64,000 bases of DNA from assembly GCA_043228905.1 (NCBI GenBank), contig JBHGNT010000005.1, positions 5,394,001 through 5,458,000 of the forward strand, read 5' to 3'. Source of the stretch: Azolla caroliniana. Lineage: Eukaryota > Plantae > Polypodiophyta. Below, piece after piece: positions 13,201 to 24,400 of the stretch. The translations under genes and the position numbers were made by a program. The notes under the pieces are model-generated. The model did no database searches and was not told where the DNA came from. It saw nothing but the letters and a program-made list of their open reading frames with translations. Positions within the stretch are counted from its first letter, which is position 1. Each line of letters opens with the position of its first letter.

Positions 13201-13801
13201 GCCAGAAGTTGTACTGAGGAGTCCTTCTTAATAGTGCTGGAAGGATGTACTGATATTGCAAATAGGAACATTGCCTCCTTGTGTCCTTCTTCGCATAATT
13301 GATGGAGTGAAATGGTCGAAACTCGGTGAGTAGATTCTTGGGGTGGTCGATATCGGACTTCTCTTGTTCTCCAATCTATGGCTGGATTATGTAATTCAAA
13401 CCAAGGTAATCCTAGGACAATGGGATGCTCTGGACTACTAATTATATTAAATGATATTACACACACAACACTACCTAGGACAACTTGAATGGGTTCTGAT
13501 TCTTCTACAATATTCCCGGAAGCAATGGGACGACCATCAATGACTACTACAGATGCGGGACAAGGAAGTTTTCTTATGGATATCTGAGAAGCTTGGGCAA
13601 AATTTCGATCCATGAAACAGGAATTAGCTCCGGAATCTAAGAGTGCTAGGACGGGTACTGGGGGAGTACTTTTAGTACTAACAATGACTTGGGCTAGGAA
13701 CACATTGCTAACTTGCTTGGAAGGAATGGAACCACTAATGGGCTGTACAGATCTAGGGATGTTGTCCAACCAAACGGCTCCTATTTTGGCTGGACTCAAT
13801 C
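10230..13801 (-). pseudogene. pol: Retrotransposon pol: aspartic protease, RT, RNase H, integrase, chromodomain; two in-frame stops
   Basis: LLDSGA, YLDD, EADASDFALG...NYEIHDKELLAI, HHCC zinc finger, DDE core (ISDRGPQF, QTDGQAER), chromodomain EYEVAAILD...YLVDWVGY...TWEP; ORFs 12297-13799, 11883-12281 and 10230-11783 share one frame, broken by TAG 12297-12299 and TGA 11883-11885. Confidence 0.95.
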
Positions 13802-13808
13802 GTTTAAC
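13764..13808 (-). promoter_or_regulatory. Candidate -1 programmed ribosomal frameshift signal (gag to pol)
   Basis: G_TTA_AAC (13808-13802), 6-nt spacer containing the gag stop, 11-bp stem GTCCAGCCAAA/TTTGGTTGGAC (13795-13764); pol is in the -1 frame. Confidence 0.7.
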
Positions 13809-14952
13809 TCTTCATCTAATTGACTAAGGATTTCAAATTTGTTTGAGATACTTGGGCTATTAGTACTATGAATACTATCTGACACTCTATTAGTACTATT
13901 AATACTATCAGACACTCCGAAGGGAAGAATTGACTCGGGTTTAGTACAGGCGACGATTTGATTTACCTGTCTTCTTGGCCTATGGGGACAATTGATGACA
14001 ATATGCCCTGGTCCACCGCAATAAAGGCATAATCGATTGGCACGTCGTCGTTGCTTTTCTTCTTTCGATAATGGGCCGCGTCGACGCATGGTGTCGATCT
14101 CCATCGGTGTCGGAATATGGCTTGAGGTACATCGCGTGCAAACGGTTTAGCCGTGACTGAGGCGTATGTGGGTTCCGGCCGAGAGCGTGGTATTTGTAAC
14201 TGACGCTCCGAACGCCGTTCGAAAAGGCAGTTGTCGCATCGGACCGCTCGACTGATTGCCTCCGTAAGAGACTTTGGTTCTTCGGGGAAGGTTAAAAGCA
14301 GATCTTTGACATCATTGCGCAAGCCGTAGCGAAACTGCTCCATGAGGGCTTGATCATCCCAGGGAATATCTGAGGCGAGTAGACGGAAATCCGCCGCGTA
14401 GGCAGAGGCTGGACGATCGCCTTGACGCAATCTTCGGATCTTGTTGATCGTCGTCCTGATGTTGTCGGTATCTCCAAAGCAGGCTTTAAACTCACCAATA
14501 AAATCTTCAAAGTTATTAAGCAAGGGTGATTGTTTTTCTAGAAGCGGAGCGAACCATGCCAAGGTTGAGCCGCTAAGTAACGTGCCTATTAGGCCGACTC
14601 GAGATGCATCAATGGGATATCGGGAAGGATGCATCTGGATGACTAAGTGTACCTGATTAAGGAATCCTCGGAATTGCAATCGCGTTCCATCAAATTTCAC
14701 AGGAAGTCCAATCTTGGGCTCTTTATGAAATCCTTGGGGACTTGATCCTTGTTGTTGCAACGCTGCTTTGAGTTGTTGTACCCGTAATGCTAACTCCCCA
14801 TGTTGTTGTTGCGTTTGTTTTTTTTCGAGAGCGATTTGTTGTAGATCCCCTATCAACCGTTGGTTTTCTTGTTCCAGGGCAACAAACTTTTCTTTTAGGC
14901 ACTGTAACTCGGAAAAAATGGATTGATATTCTTGGGCGCTAACAGTAGCCAT
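13796..14952 (-). pseudogene. gag: Retrotransposon gag (capsid plus CCHC zinc knuckle) with one frameshift near 14110-14120
   Basis: P.KFDG, LRQG...YAADFR, QFRYGL motifs in 13963-14952; PMEID...[14 protein letters not shown] continues in another frame (13796-14104). Confidence 0.92.
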
Positions 14953-15011
14953 AGTATAGGGAAAAGGGTAGGAGGATGAGGGAGAACGACAAGTAGGCTG
15001 GAGGAAAGGAA

Positions 15012-15023
15012 AAATTGGTTCAA
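15012..15023 (-). other. Primer-binding site complementary to the element's own LTR (self-priming type)
   Basis: TTGAACCAATTT starts 2 nt after the 5' LTR; no TGG start typical of a tRNA PBS; perfect complement of AAATTGGTTCAA at 15255-15244. Confidence 0.75.
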
Positions 15024-15025
15024 AC

Positions 15026-15472
15026 TGTCAGGAATAGTACTAAAGCAGAGATGGAATTAGTACTAATAAGAGCAATACTATTAGTACTAAGAGGACGAGA
15101 CTGCGTAAGATTCCCGAGAGAGGAAGTGAGAAGAGGAGAGAGAGAGAGATAGCGAGGATGAGAGAGAGAGAAAGATGATGACAGCAACTAATATATTATG
15201 TGAAAAGATAAGTACAAAGCGGCTGAGAGGCTTAAGACTGGCGTTGAACCAATTTGGTTCAACATAATGCCTAGTGCCTTCTTTTATAGTGTTGTCAGGA
15301 GTAATCCTAAAACTTCTAGAATGTTCTAGAGAAATCTGGAATATACATTACTTTCTTCTAATAAAACATAAATGAAAATAATATCTTATGAATTACAATA
15401 GATGGTGTGATGGTTAAGAGCTCAAGCCATATACCATAAGGTCATGGGTTCGAGTCTTGCCATATCATGACA
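15026..15472 (-). repeat. 5' LTR (447 bp) with TATAAAAG at 15288-15281
   Basis: Direct repeat of 9772-10218. Confidence 0.97.
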
Positions 15473-16563
15473 TCTTCTTTCTTACCCTTGAGTTGTCTCC
15501 ATGCTAATTTTGGTTTGAGCTTAAACAAGTTTTTCTTTTTCATCTCTTGCATTTGGAAATATCTTCTTTTCTTTCTCCTCACTGCTTTCTTATATAGGTG
15601 CCATGCAACAATCTTTTCATTTTCCCCTTGTATGGACTTAAACAATTTGAGATATATCTTACATTCATCGTCGAACCAAGAATTACATGGAAAACTACAC
15701 ATCTTATGCCCACCCACATGCCCTCTTAAAGTATTGATATCCAACCTTAAGGATGATATCCTTCAAATGTTGCCAATTTTCTTTAACATCTTTGCGCATA
15801 GAAAATTTTAACAAATGGTTATCCACTTCGTTTGCATACATCATAGCTTTCGTAGTAAGGTCGGATGATACATCTCTTTTCGTCTTTCACTCCATGGCAT
15901 CTATTGGTGAAATGTGGAATTGCAAGCTCTAAGTACAATGGCTTGTGGTCTGAGTCCGGAGATAGAGAACCAACTTTAAACACATTCACCAATGATAGAT
16001 CACATGCCAACATTAATGCATAATCAACCACACTTCCTACACCCGAGGATGGTAAACATGTCATCACATTTGTCAATGGGAATGCCTTTATACCATTTAG
16101 GATAATCAAGTTTGTGTAATTTAGCACATGTATCAAAAGTTTTCCATAATCTGACATGACACAATCCTCTGATCAAAAGTTATTTGAAGCTTGGAGACAT
16201 AAGTTTGTGTGATTTCTGAGTTTAAGTTTTAAGTTTTGTGCAATTGTAATATTAGTATTTTTTTGAGTAATTTTTATGTAACATTTTCATGGCAAATTTT
16301 TGTTTTACACAATTTTTTTTGAAGTTTTTGATGTCTATTTTTTAGTCGGGCTCCTGCCTTGAGTCGATCAGGGTCCCGGTGACAGAGGCCGACAGATAGT
16401 CGAGCTCTTGGTGACTAAGGTTGTCAACTTTTTATCCACATCAAATGGTGCATATTGCACGCGCCCTCAACTGAACGACTTGCACCATCCATGCATGTGA
16501 TTCCCCCATTTGCCCTCTTTAATATTCGGTAATAGTTAGACACGAGCGTATGTAATACATGTA

Positions 16564-16596
<33 letters not shown>

Positions 16597-19459
16597 ATGT
16601 ATGTATGTAAGCACGTGTGTGTGTGATTCACTATTTATTTCCTCACCTCATCCCCCTCCCTGTTCCTCATTCAAGGCCTTATCACTGAGGGCATTGAGAT
16701 AAACAATAGAGCTCCATTATTTGAAGAGATTCTCGAATTACATAAATAATATATTCTTTTTCTCCTTCATCAAAAACAAACCTAAAGTCAATTGAAAGTC
16801 TTTTAGGAACCATATATGGGACCTTAACAAAATAAAGGAAAATGTGAACATTAATTCGGAGTTTTAACGGCCCATGTTTTTTGTTTCCCGATTAGATAGA
16901 TGACATCGGGGATGTGTAGGACACAATGTTGTATTATCGCCTACTTTTTGAATCATATGAGTTATTTGTAAGTTTATATGGACAACCTATCCCACTCTCT
17001 CTAACTCTTTTTAGTGTATTTGGGAGAAACATGCACGTGTACTATCAACATATCTATCCTCTTATTCTCTCTTTCAATGTTTGAACAAGGGAATTTGCAG
17101 AAATAGCAAAACCTCAAGGGCACTTTGAGAAATAAAGATAAATGTTATATTTTGGAGGTTTTCCCTTTTGCTTATTTACAATGACAATTGATGAGGTAGG
17201 AGTTCATCACAACTTTTATGATATGGAGTCCATTACACCCATGATCATATATGCAATTCTCTAAACTTAGGGTTAAGTGTAGGTTAAATCATAAGTAATG
17301 AAGGGCAAGGATTGAGTTCTTCTCGACCCTACTGTAGGAGATAACTTTAAAGTTTAGAGTGTTTCATCATTTGACCACATAGAATAAAACAATCAAGTAG
17401 GAAACAAACAACAACCTATGGTTTGAGCCTATGTAAGAAGGTTAAGTGCCTACATAAAAGGGAGAAGCTTTGTTATTTTCGATAAATACTCTGAAAATAA
17501 AGCTCTAACTCTACACACATGTTCCTCCTCCTTCAATGTGATCCATTTGCGAACTTGGTGGTATAGAACACCCACGGGGGACACGGATCCATCTCTCATC
17601 TTTGCTAAGGAGTGGTCTCACATGCTTTCTTCCTTATTTCATCCTTAAATTTGCTTAAAATGTATTAAGTTTATTACAATTTACCCCTACACTTCTTTAC
17701 AATGTGCTAGGGTTTGAATATATGTGCACTTCGCACACACAATCACATCATAAGTGTACATTCAGACTATCATGTCTTCTTGATATAGAGATTTGCCACA
17801 TGGTGCCAAGTCTTTTTTGAATATCATAGGTGACCAATATCCTACATGCATGTCTCCTCTTGCATCATATTCATGAACTAGTTTATTATTGGTCTAGGGA
17901 TGGCTATTGTGCATAGGTGATTGTATGATGTAAATTTTAACTTATAGGATGTAGTACATTTCAAAACAACCCGTATGAAACACTAGGTAGCATTCTATAC
18001 AATGATCGCGTGATTGTAGGTATTGTAATGAGGTCATCGGAGGGAATGCAACCCCTACCATTCATCAAACATTTCATCAGTATTAATTGATGGTTATCAA
18101 AGTTCTTATTTGACGACCATTACTTTGGGCCATCCAAAATTGCTATTATGTTCTCTTTCCACCTTTTTGTGATGTTTGGTAACTCATTGTATCCTTTCTT
18201 TAGTTGTATTGATGCACATTGCCAAGGAGAAGGCGAAGAAGCCATAATTACATTGTGTTATCACTATTTCCCCAACTGCAATCAAGGCTTTGATATTTCA
18301 CCAAATGTCCTTATTCAATCGAGCATGGTTGACTATGGTGTTATTAATATTATGGTTTCCATAAATCAACATTTCCAATAAGGAATTAACCCTCCATGCC
18401 ATGTATTGTGGTTCTAGTTAGGGCACACTCCTTATGTTCTCTTTCCACCTTATTGGATGTATAATTGTTTTGCTAATTCACAATAATGAATCCACAATTG
18501 TGACAAACATGTTTCATGATAATGCGAGTTGCATTTCTAGAGTATCCTCCACAACCCAATATCTTTGAATGTACAAAAAAATTCTACAATTCCAAGTAGA
18601 TGGTTTGGCTTGGATAACAGTAGCTCTCAATAGATCATTCAATGTAGATGCTTGGGTTCAAACAATATTCTCTTGTTATAGTTAATTTCTTGAATTTAGA
18701 TAGGTGGCCAAAAAATGTGGTTGTGTGCTCTTGTTCAATTAGAGGATCTCGCTAAATAGATGTCATCTTACTCAATGTGAAAGCCACATCAATATCAACT
18801 ACTTGTTTCTTACACTCATGGTTAGTAATAAGTATATATCATTACTTTTATTGTCACGGTTATTGTAAATGCAAGTTATCAAGTTGGAAGTAGATGGGCA
18901 TGTTCCCATGTGAATTGAATGCAAAGACAATTTGTCATAGATTACACTTTTTATGGCTATGTTGCATGATCATAGGGGATAAGGTATAGTTAGCATTTTG
19001 CTTCCACATTCATGCTTCCATGTAAAAGTTACCTTTATTTGGAAACAAAACTTTAATGGAGACACACGCCATATGTTCATGTAACGTACTAGAGTGAGTT
19101 CTCTCACATCATGTCTTCATGCTCATAACTACATGGTATTATTATAGGAACCCTTAGGATACGTTGCCTTTTAGAAATCTTGATGGCCATCATTGAGATT
19201 ACGTGTTCCTTCAACACAATTTCAAGTATTCATAAATCCATGACATATTTCGGAGAATCAATGTTCGTTGATTTTCAACAACGAGACACAAACTACACAA
19301 TTATCACAAGTTAGTGGGATGCTTTACAAGATTGCCGATGAAAGGGGACATGCCTTGCTCACTACTCGTGACATTATCACAAATTCTTCGATTTTGTTTA
19401 GGGTGACATTTGATAAATGCATATTGAAAGGTGAAAGAGAATTATTAGAATAACATTTT

Positions 19460-19995
19460 CACAACCTTGACCAATGGGATCTAAATACACAAATTTTCAT
19501 AAAGCATTTGCTTCCTTAGAAGAGATGGTCATGCTTTGGAGCAGAAAGACAATGCACTCAATATACGAGCTCAAACTTCTGGGTGGTGTTTGAGGATGAC
19601 ACCCAAGTTACTACACCCTCTTAATGAGGTCAAACAAATCGGAGAGCATGTTGATATGATGAGGCCATTTGTTTCGATACACCGATGTGGCTTGTAGTCT
19701 AGGAGGAATGATATACATATCCATTGTAAACAAAAGATGTATGTATGTGCATGTGAAAGCTAGGATTTGAACCGAAGACCACGCCATCCATTAGATAGTT
19801 TGGCGAGACAACTGGTATCGAGGGTCAATATTGGCCATTCTACGGATGATCGAGACTTTTTGTGCTACAAAGTATGAACATCTCTTCTTACGAAGGAGAC
19901 ACACATCAAGAAAAGACTTGGTGTACTTAGGTCCCATGGGTGAACATTGGCCTCTCTAATGGACGCTACAAGATATATATGTAGATAGAAAGAAG
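19460..19995. mobile_element. Two LINE 3'-end fragments in opposite orientation (- about 19460-19700, + about 19700-19995), related to the 8.1-kb LINE
   Basis: GAAGGAGACACACATCAAGAA...GGTCCCATGGGTGAACATTGGCCTCTCTAATGGACG matches the reverse complement of 8160-8232; 19568-19625 resembles 8296-8350. Confidence 0.55.
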
Positions 19996-20119
19996 AAGAG
20001 GAAAACCCAGGTTTTGAACCCACGACCTTTCCTAGTATTACTTAGAACTTAAAAAAGAGCAAATCATCATAATAATAATAATCATAGAGAGAGAGGGAGA
20101 GAGAGTTGTTCGCTAGATT

Positions 20120-20560
20120 ATAGCGTATACACGTGGAAAGACGTAATTGGAAAGAAAAACAGACAGAGGCGCCAAGTGTACGCGTCCTCAGAATGTTAAG
20201 AGATTAGGGTTAGGGTTCCCTCCTCCTCCTCCTCTGTCTCTGATTTAGGGTTTCCGAGACCGGGACTCCATCGCCGCTGCATCTTCTTCATCATCTTCTT
20301 CTCATCAGAGGGTGAGAAGTTCGACCGAGCGCGCGAAGAAGACAGAGAGCGGTCTCCAACCCTAATTCTCCCCCCCTGTGCATACTGAGAGCACTCTCGA
20401 AACCTAATTACTCTGGTTCAACACAGATATTTTTCTCGAACTAATTTTCTGGTCAGGATAGAGAGATCATTCTCGAACCGTACATATCTTCTTCTTCAGG
20501 TTTTGCAAAATCGGTTTATATCATCATCATCAACAACATCATCTTATTTCTTGGGAAAGG
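20120..20560 (+). promoter_or_regulatory. Probable promoter/first non-coding exon of the lipase gene
   Basis: G-box CACGTG near 20129, telo-box-like TTAGGGTTAGGGTT near 20204, GC-richer CT/TTC-rich leader, donor-like AAG/GTCAGT near 20559. Confidence 0.45.
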
Positions 20561-21424
20561 TCAGTCATTTATGAAGGTTATACCTACGCCTTATTTCTCT
20601 CTGCACATTGGATGCTTTGTTCAATCAAATTTCATGTGCCTTTTTCAGTAGAAAGAAAAGTTTATACCAATCGCTGCTTTTTCTGCATCTTCAATGTTTC
20701 GTTTCATCCATTTTCATTGCATTTCTTGTAACAGGATGTTCTGTTGTTAACCAGATACTCTTATTTAGCGTTTTGTTATGAGTTAATGTTACGCAATTTT
20801 TCTGTCTTGTTGAACAGTCTTTAGAATCATAATTTTGAAAAATAAATCTAAACTTGCCAATACATAGATCCGAAACTCCCTCTTTCTGAAGCTTTTTGTG
20901 CATTTTGTTACAGTTATCTGGATACCATCTTTTCGAAGGTTAGACATAGTCACTCAAAATTCATGAAATTTCTTTAATAGCAGGGATGCTTATTAAGGCT
21001 ATGGATTCTGTCCTTTGTTCAGGAAACCCAAACATTGTTCATTGTGGAGCTGTTTATGTGCATTTTATCACACTAATTTCGATTTGGTTTCACCTTCCCA
21101 ACATCCTTAAGACCTCTTGTATCGTATTTGCAAAGGTTAGAACTATTCATTTGTCTGCAATAATGCATGAAATTTTCTTCATTAGTAGAGATTTTTGACC
21201 ATCTGCTTAGCCTTGGTTGTGACATCTTACCAATTCTTCATTTGATTGGACGAGGAAGAAACTGGCCATTAGATCGCTTTCTCACATTTCCTCTGACTGT
21301 TTGTTATTCAGCGTTATCAGCCTCTTTCTTGATCTCAATGCTATCTGAAACTCTTTGCTGATGATCGAGAATGCACTGAAACCTACAAAACTGTAGCGTG
21401 TCCATAAAAGTTCGTTGAGGTAGA

Positions 21425-24400
21425 ATGCAAAGATTCGTGGACAGTGTCTTGGGAGTAATCAAAGAGTAAGTGGTTCGTTTTCCTGGTTGTATCTATGCAG
21501 TGAATTTGTCATGTACTATGATGATTAGTTTAGTTTAGTATTGCAAAGCTTGTCAGGTAGATCTACATTCATAGGTGGGAAAATATGCCAGAGTCATCTT
21601 GTCATCTATGAATGCGTCTTCTATAATGGTTTTAATGATAAATCTAAATTTCTGGATATTGATTGAAGCAAATAAACATAAAATAAATGCTCATAAATAA
21701 AGCACATGTATCCTCCACAATGGTTATAAATTATAATAATAAAATTCACAGTTAGGAATATATATGGAATCTAGTAAACTTCATATAAACACTCATAAAC
21801 GACGCATAGGTGGGAAAATATGCCAGAGTCATCTTGTCATCTATGAAATGCATGTCCTATAATAATTTTGATGATAAAAATTAAGATGTCTGGATATCAA
21901 TTGAAGTTAATAAACATAAAATAAATGCTTATAAATAAAGGACATGCATGCTCCGCAGTGGTCATAATGATAAAAGTCACAGTGTGGAATATAAATCAAA
22001 TCTAATAAACTTCATATAAACACTCATAAATGAAGCACGCATCATATTACCCATCTATCTCCATTAAGTTTCATTACATCATTGAACATCATAAATTTCA
22101 AATACTATACACGAGCTTTATGGCTGTTCTTAACTTCTCTTTTCAGGTCATTAAAGGCAGTTAGTCATGAGTCATTTAACAATACCATTAAGTTGATCAA
22201 TGGAGTTTCGGCATTGATACTTACATTTTTACCTGGGAAGGCAAGGATTTTGGAAGGTGTTCAGGGATGGGAGTTACGACCGACATTGAGAGCTCCTCGT
22301 CTGCCTCAATGGATGGAAGAGTATGCTTAGTTTATCTTTCTTTTCTGTTAAATATGTATTCTATTTGGTTTCGCTGTAATAACACGTGGCAAAAGTTATG
22401 TCTGCTTGCTTTTATATGTTACAATGATGAATTAATAATCTGCTATGAAATACAGTGGCGTGTCATCCTTCAATCAGTTCATTCATGAATATACTGCCGA
22501 TGCAGATGAAGATTCACAATCTGAGTATGAATCGGGACTAGATGAAGATGATAGTATTGTGCCATCATCCCCTTCTTCTCAGGCATCTCAACTTTCAAAA
22601 GCTAATTCTTTTAGGGTTGAGAAGAGAGATACCTTCAGATCGAAAGTCAGTGGCTTTGCTGGATCGTTATCAGAGCTCTCAAAGTACTTTCTTGGTATTG
22701 CTTCTCCACGGCCCTTCATAAGGCCATCTCCAGGAATTGGAAGCCGAAATGGTTCATCTGGAAGTCTATATCGAATGTACGGATTGGCAAGCAAAGGGCT
22801 TACCAGTGTGAAGAGTTTTGTTGTTCACCGAACAACTGATCGAAGGCATGGGGTCATTGAGGTGAGTGTTTGGAGAAAAAAATTACTGACTATACCTTGA
22901 AATGGTTGTATTGTTTAGTTGCTTGCCTTTCCTTGACAGGATATGCAGCTGGTTGTGGAGCTTTTTATTGAGAGGGTGTTTGATCTCGTGAGAAAATTAT
23001 TGCTGTATAGTCTTTCGCCTTTCCAGACATTGAAACTTCTTGCAAGGAAGCTATATGTTCAAAGGAATGATGATGAGGACACTATGAATGTTCCAACAGC
23101 TACTCTTGGTGATTCAGGTCCAGTTCCTAAGTTCAGAAAAGAGAAGAAGCAAGCAGCAATGTATACTGATGCACGCTCATGTGAAGATGTAATTACTGAA
23201 CTTGGGTGAGTGTTGGAAATTGTCCACACACTATTAGTGCGCAGAAATTTGTGTTGGACTCTCAAGGTACTAAAGAGTGTTTTTGCTTTCTCTGTTGCCC
23301 AGGTACCCATATGAATCTGTTAGGGTTGTTACAGAGGATGGTTATGTCCTTTTGATGGAAAGAATTCCACGGTATTCTACTTATCATTGTTTTTTGGGCA
23401 AGGCATACATTTTCTGCATTCTTTTCATAAAACCTAAAATCTGAACCTGGTCCAGTTATAGATTAAATATAGTGCCCTTCGAGTGTATTTTTAGTGTTAT
23501 AATTGTCCATTTTGCATACTTGATATATGACCATAGTGCAATGAAACAGAAAATGATGAATCAGAATTATAATTGACATTCACCATCTAGAGAAGGCCAT
23601 GAATATGGACATAGCATAGTGAACTATTTTGATAACCCACATCACTTGTGCAGTGAGTGTGGGGCATTAGGGCAAATTGATGCACCTACAATAGCACTTT
23701 GTTTCTCTCTCCCCCAAAATATATTAAGGAATGGAACAAGACAAAGAATCATAGTTAGTTAGAAAAAACTGAACCAATTTTTTATGAAGAAAAGATCCTG
23801 AAATGAAACAGAGAGAAGTGATATCCTTCAACCTTAGCTTGTTGCAAATAGCTGAACTAAATTTTGACTAAGAAAACATCCGGAAATCATGAGGATGCGG
23901 ACTAGTATATTTAAATTCATGCAAGTTTTTTTAATGCGCTTAGGATTTATATCCACTTAATACATCCCAGTTTGTGATCTAAGTGCCAGCAAATGGTTAT
24001 CATCGAAGAATACCTAATAGGGAATCCCATGAAGTTTCCATACTAGTATATTTAAATGCATGCAAATTTTTAATGCGCTTAGAATATCCATCCACATAAT
24101 ACCATCCCAAGTTTGTGATTTTAACTGCAGAAAATGGTTATCGTGGAAAGAATACCTATAGGGAATCCTATACATCTCAACTTAAGACCTATGACCCATT
24201 CTTTTCATAAATAGTAAGCAAATTAATGTGGAAGATCATTGAGGAGCCATTTTATGACTAGGTGTTGAGTAGAAAACTGCTTTAGAATTATGTAGGAAAA
24301 GAAATTTGCTTTATAAAGGCTGACCATCGATGCAACCTTTTCCTCCTATATAAACCTTAAGGCTCACAAGAAGGTGTATTTGTTGAATGGAATCAACCCT

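Larger units (their letters stand above)
9772..15472 (-). mobile_element. Full-length Ty3/Gypsy chromovirus LTR retrotransposon (Tcn1/Tf1-sushi-like), inactivated
   Basis: Two 447-bp LTRs with TGTCA...TGACA ends, TSD TCTTT/TCTTC (1 mismatch), PPT, gag with CCHC knuckle, pol order PR-RT-RH-IN-chromodomain. Confidence 0.97.
8111..16178 (-). mobile_element. Degenerate, 5'-truncated APE-type LINE split by LTR-retrotransposon insertion (segments 15473-16178 and 8111-9771)
   Basis: APE endonuclease C-terminus (SVVDY...SDHKPL, 15819-16157), WFDDEC linker, RT/thumb remnants (KYLG, LLYGVEVWG, 8863-9260), (TCTAAA)n-like tail about 8130-8152, TSD GTTATTTGAA at 8101-8110 and 16179-16188; removing the LTR element restores LKGKKEDVIGHF. 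Confidence 0.85.
7165..16544. mobile_element. TIR DNA transposon remnant (superfamily unassigned) hosting nested LINE and LTR element
   Basis: Imperfect inverted repeats of about 115 bp: 7165-7282 (CGTGTCTAAATGCTACCAAATATTAAAGAGGGCAAA...GCACCATCCGATGTGGATAAA) and 16431-16544 (reverse complement CGTGTCTAACTATTACCGAATATTAAAGAGGGCAAA...GCACCATTTGATGTGGATAAA); no TSD resolvable in microsatellite flanks. Confidence 0.65.

Noticed and set aside
10263-14656. + strand and alternative-frame ORFs within the retrotransposon
   Set aside because: Shadows of GC-richer gag/pol; no independent motifs
16900-19450. Possible old retroelement remnants
   Set aside because: Too degenerate to assign strand, family or ends
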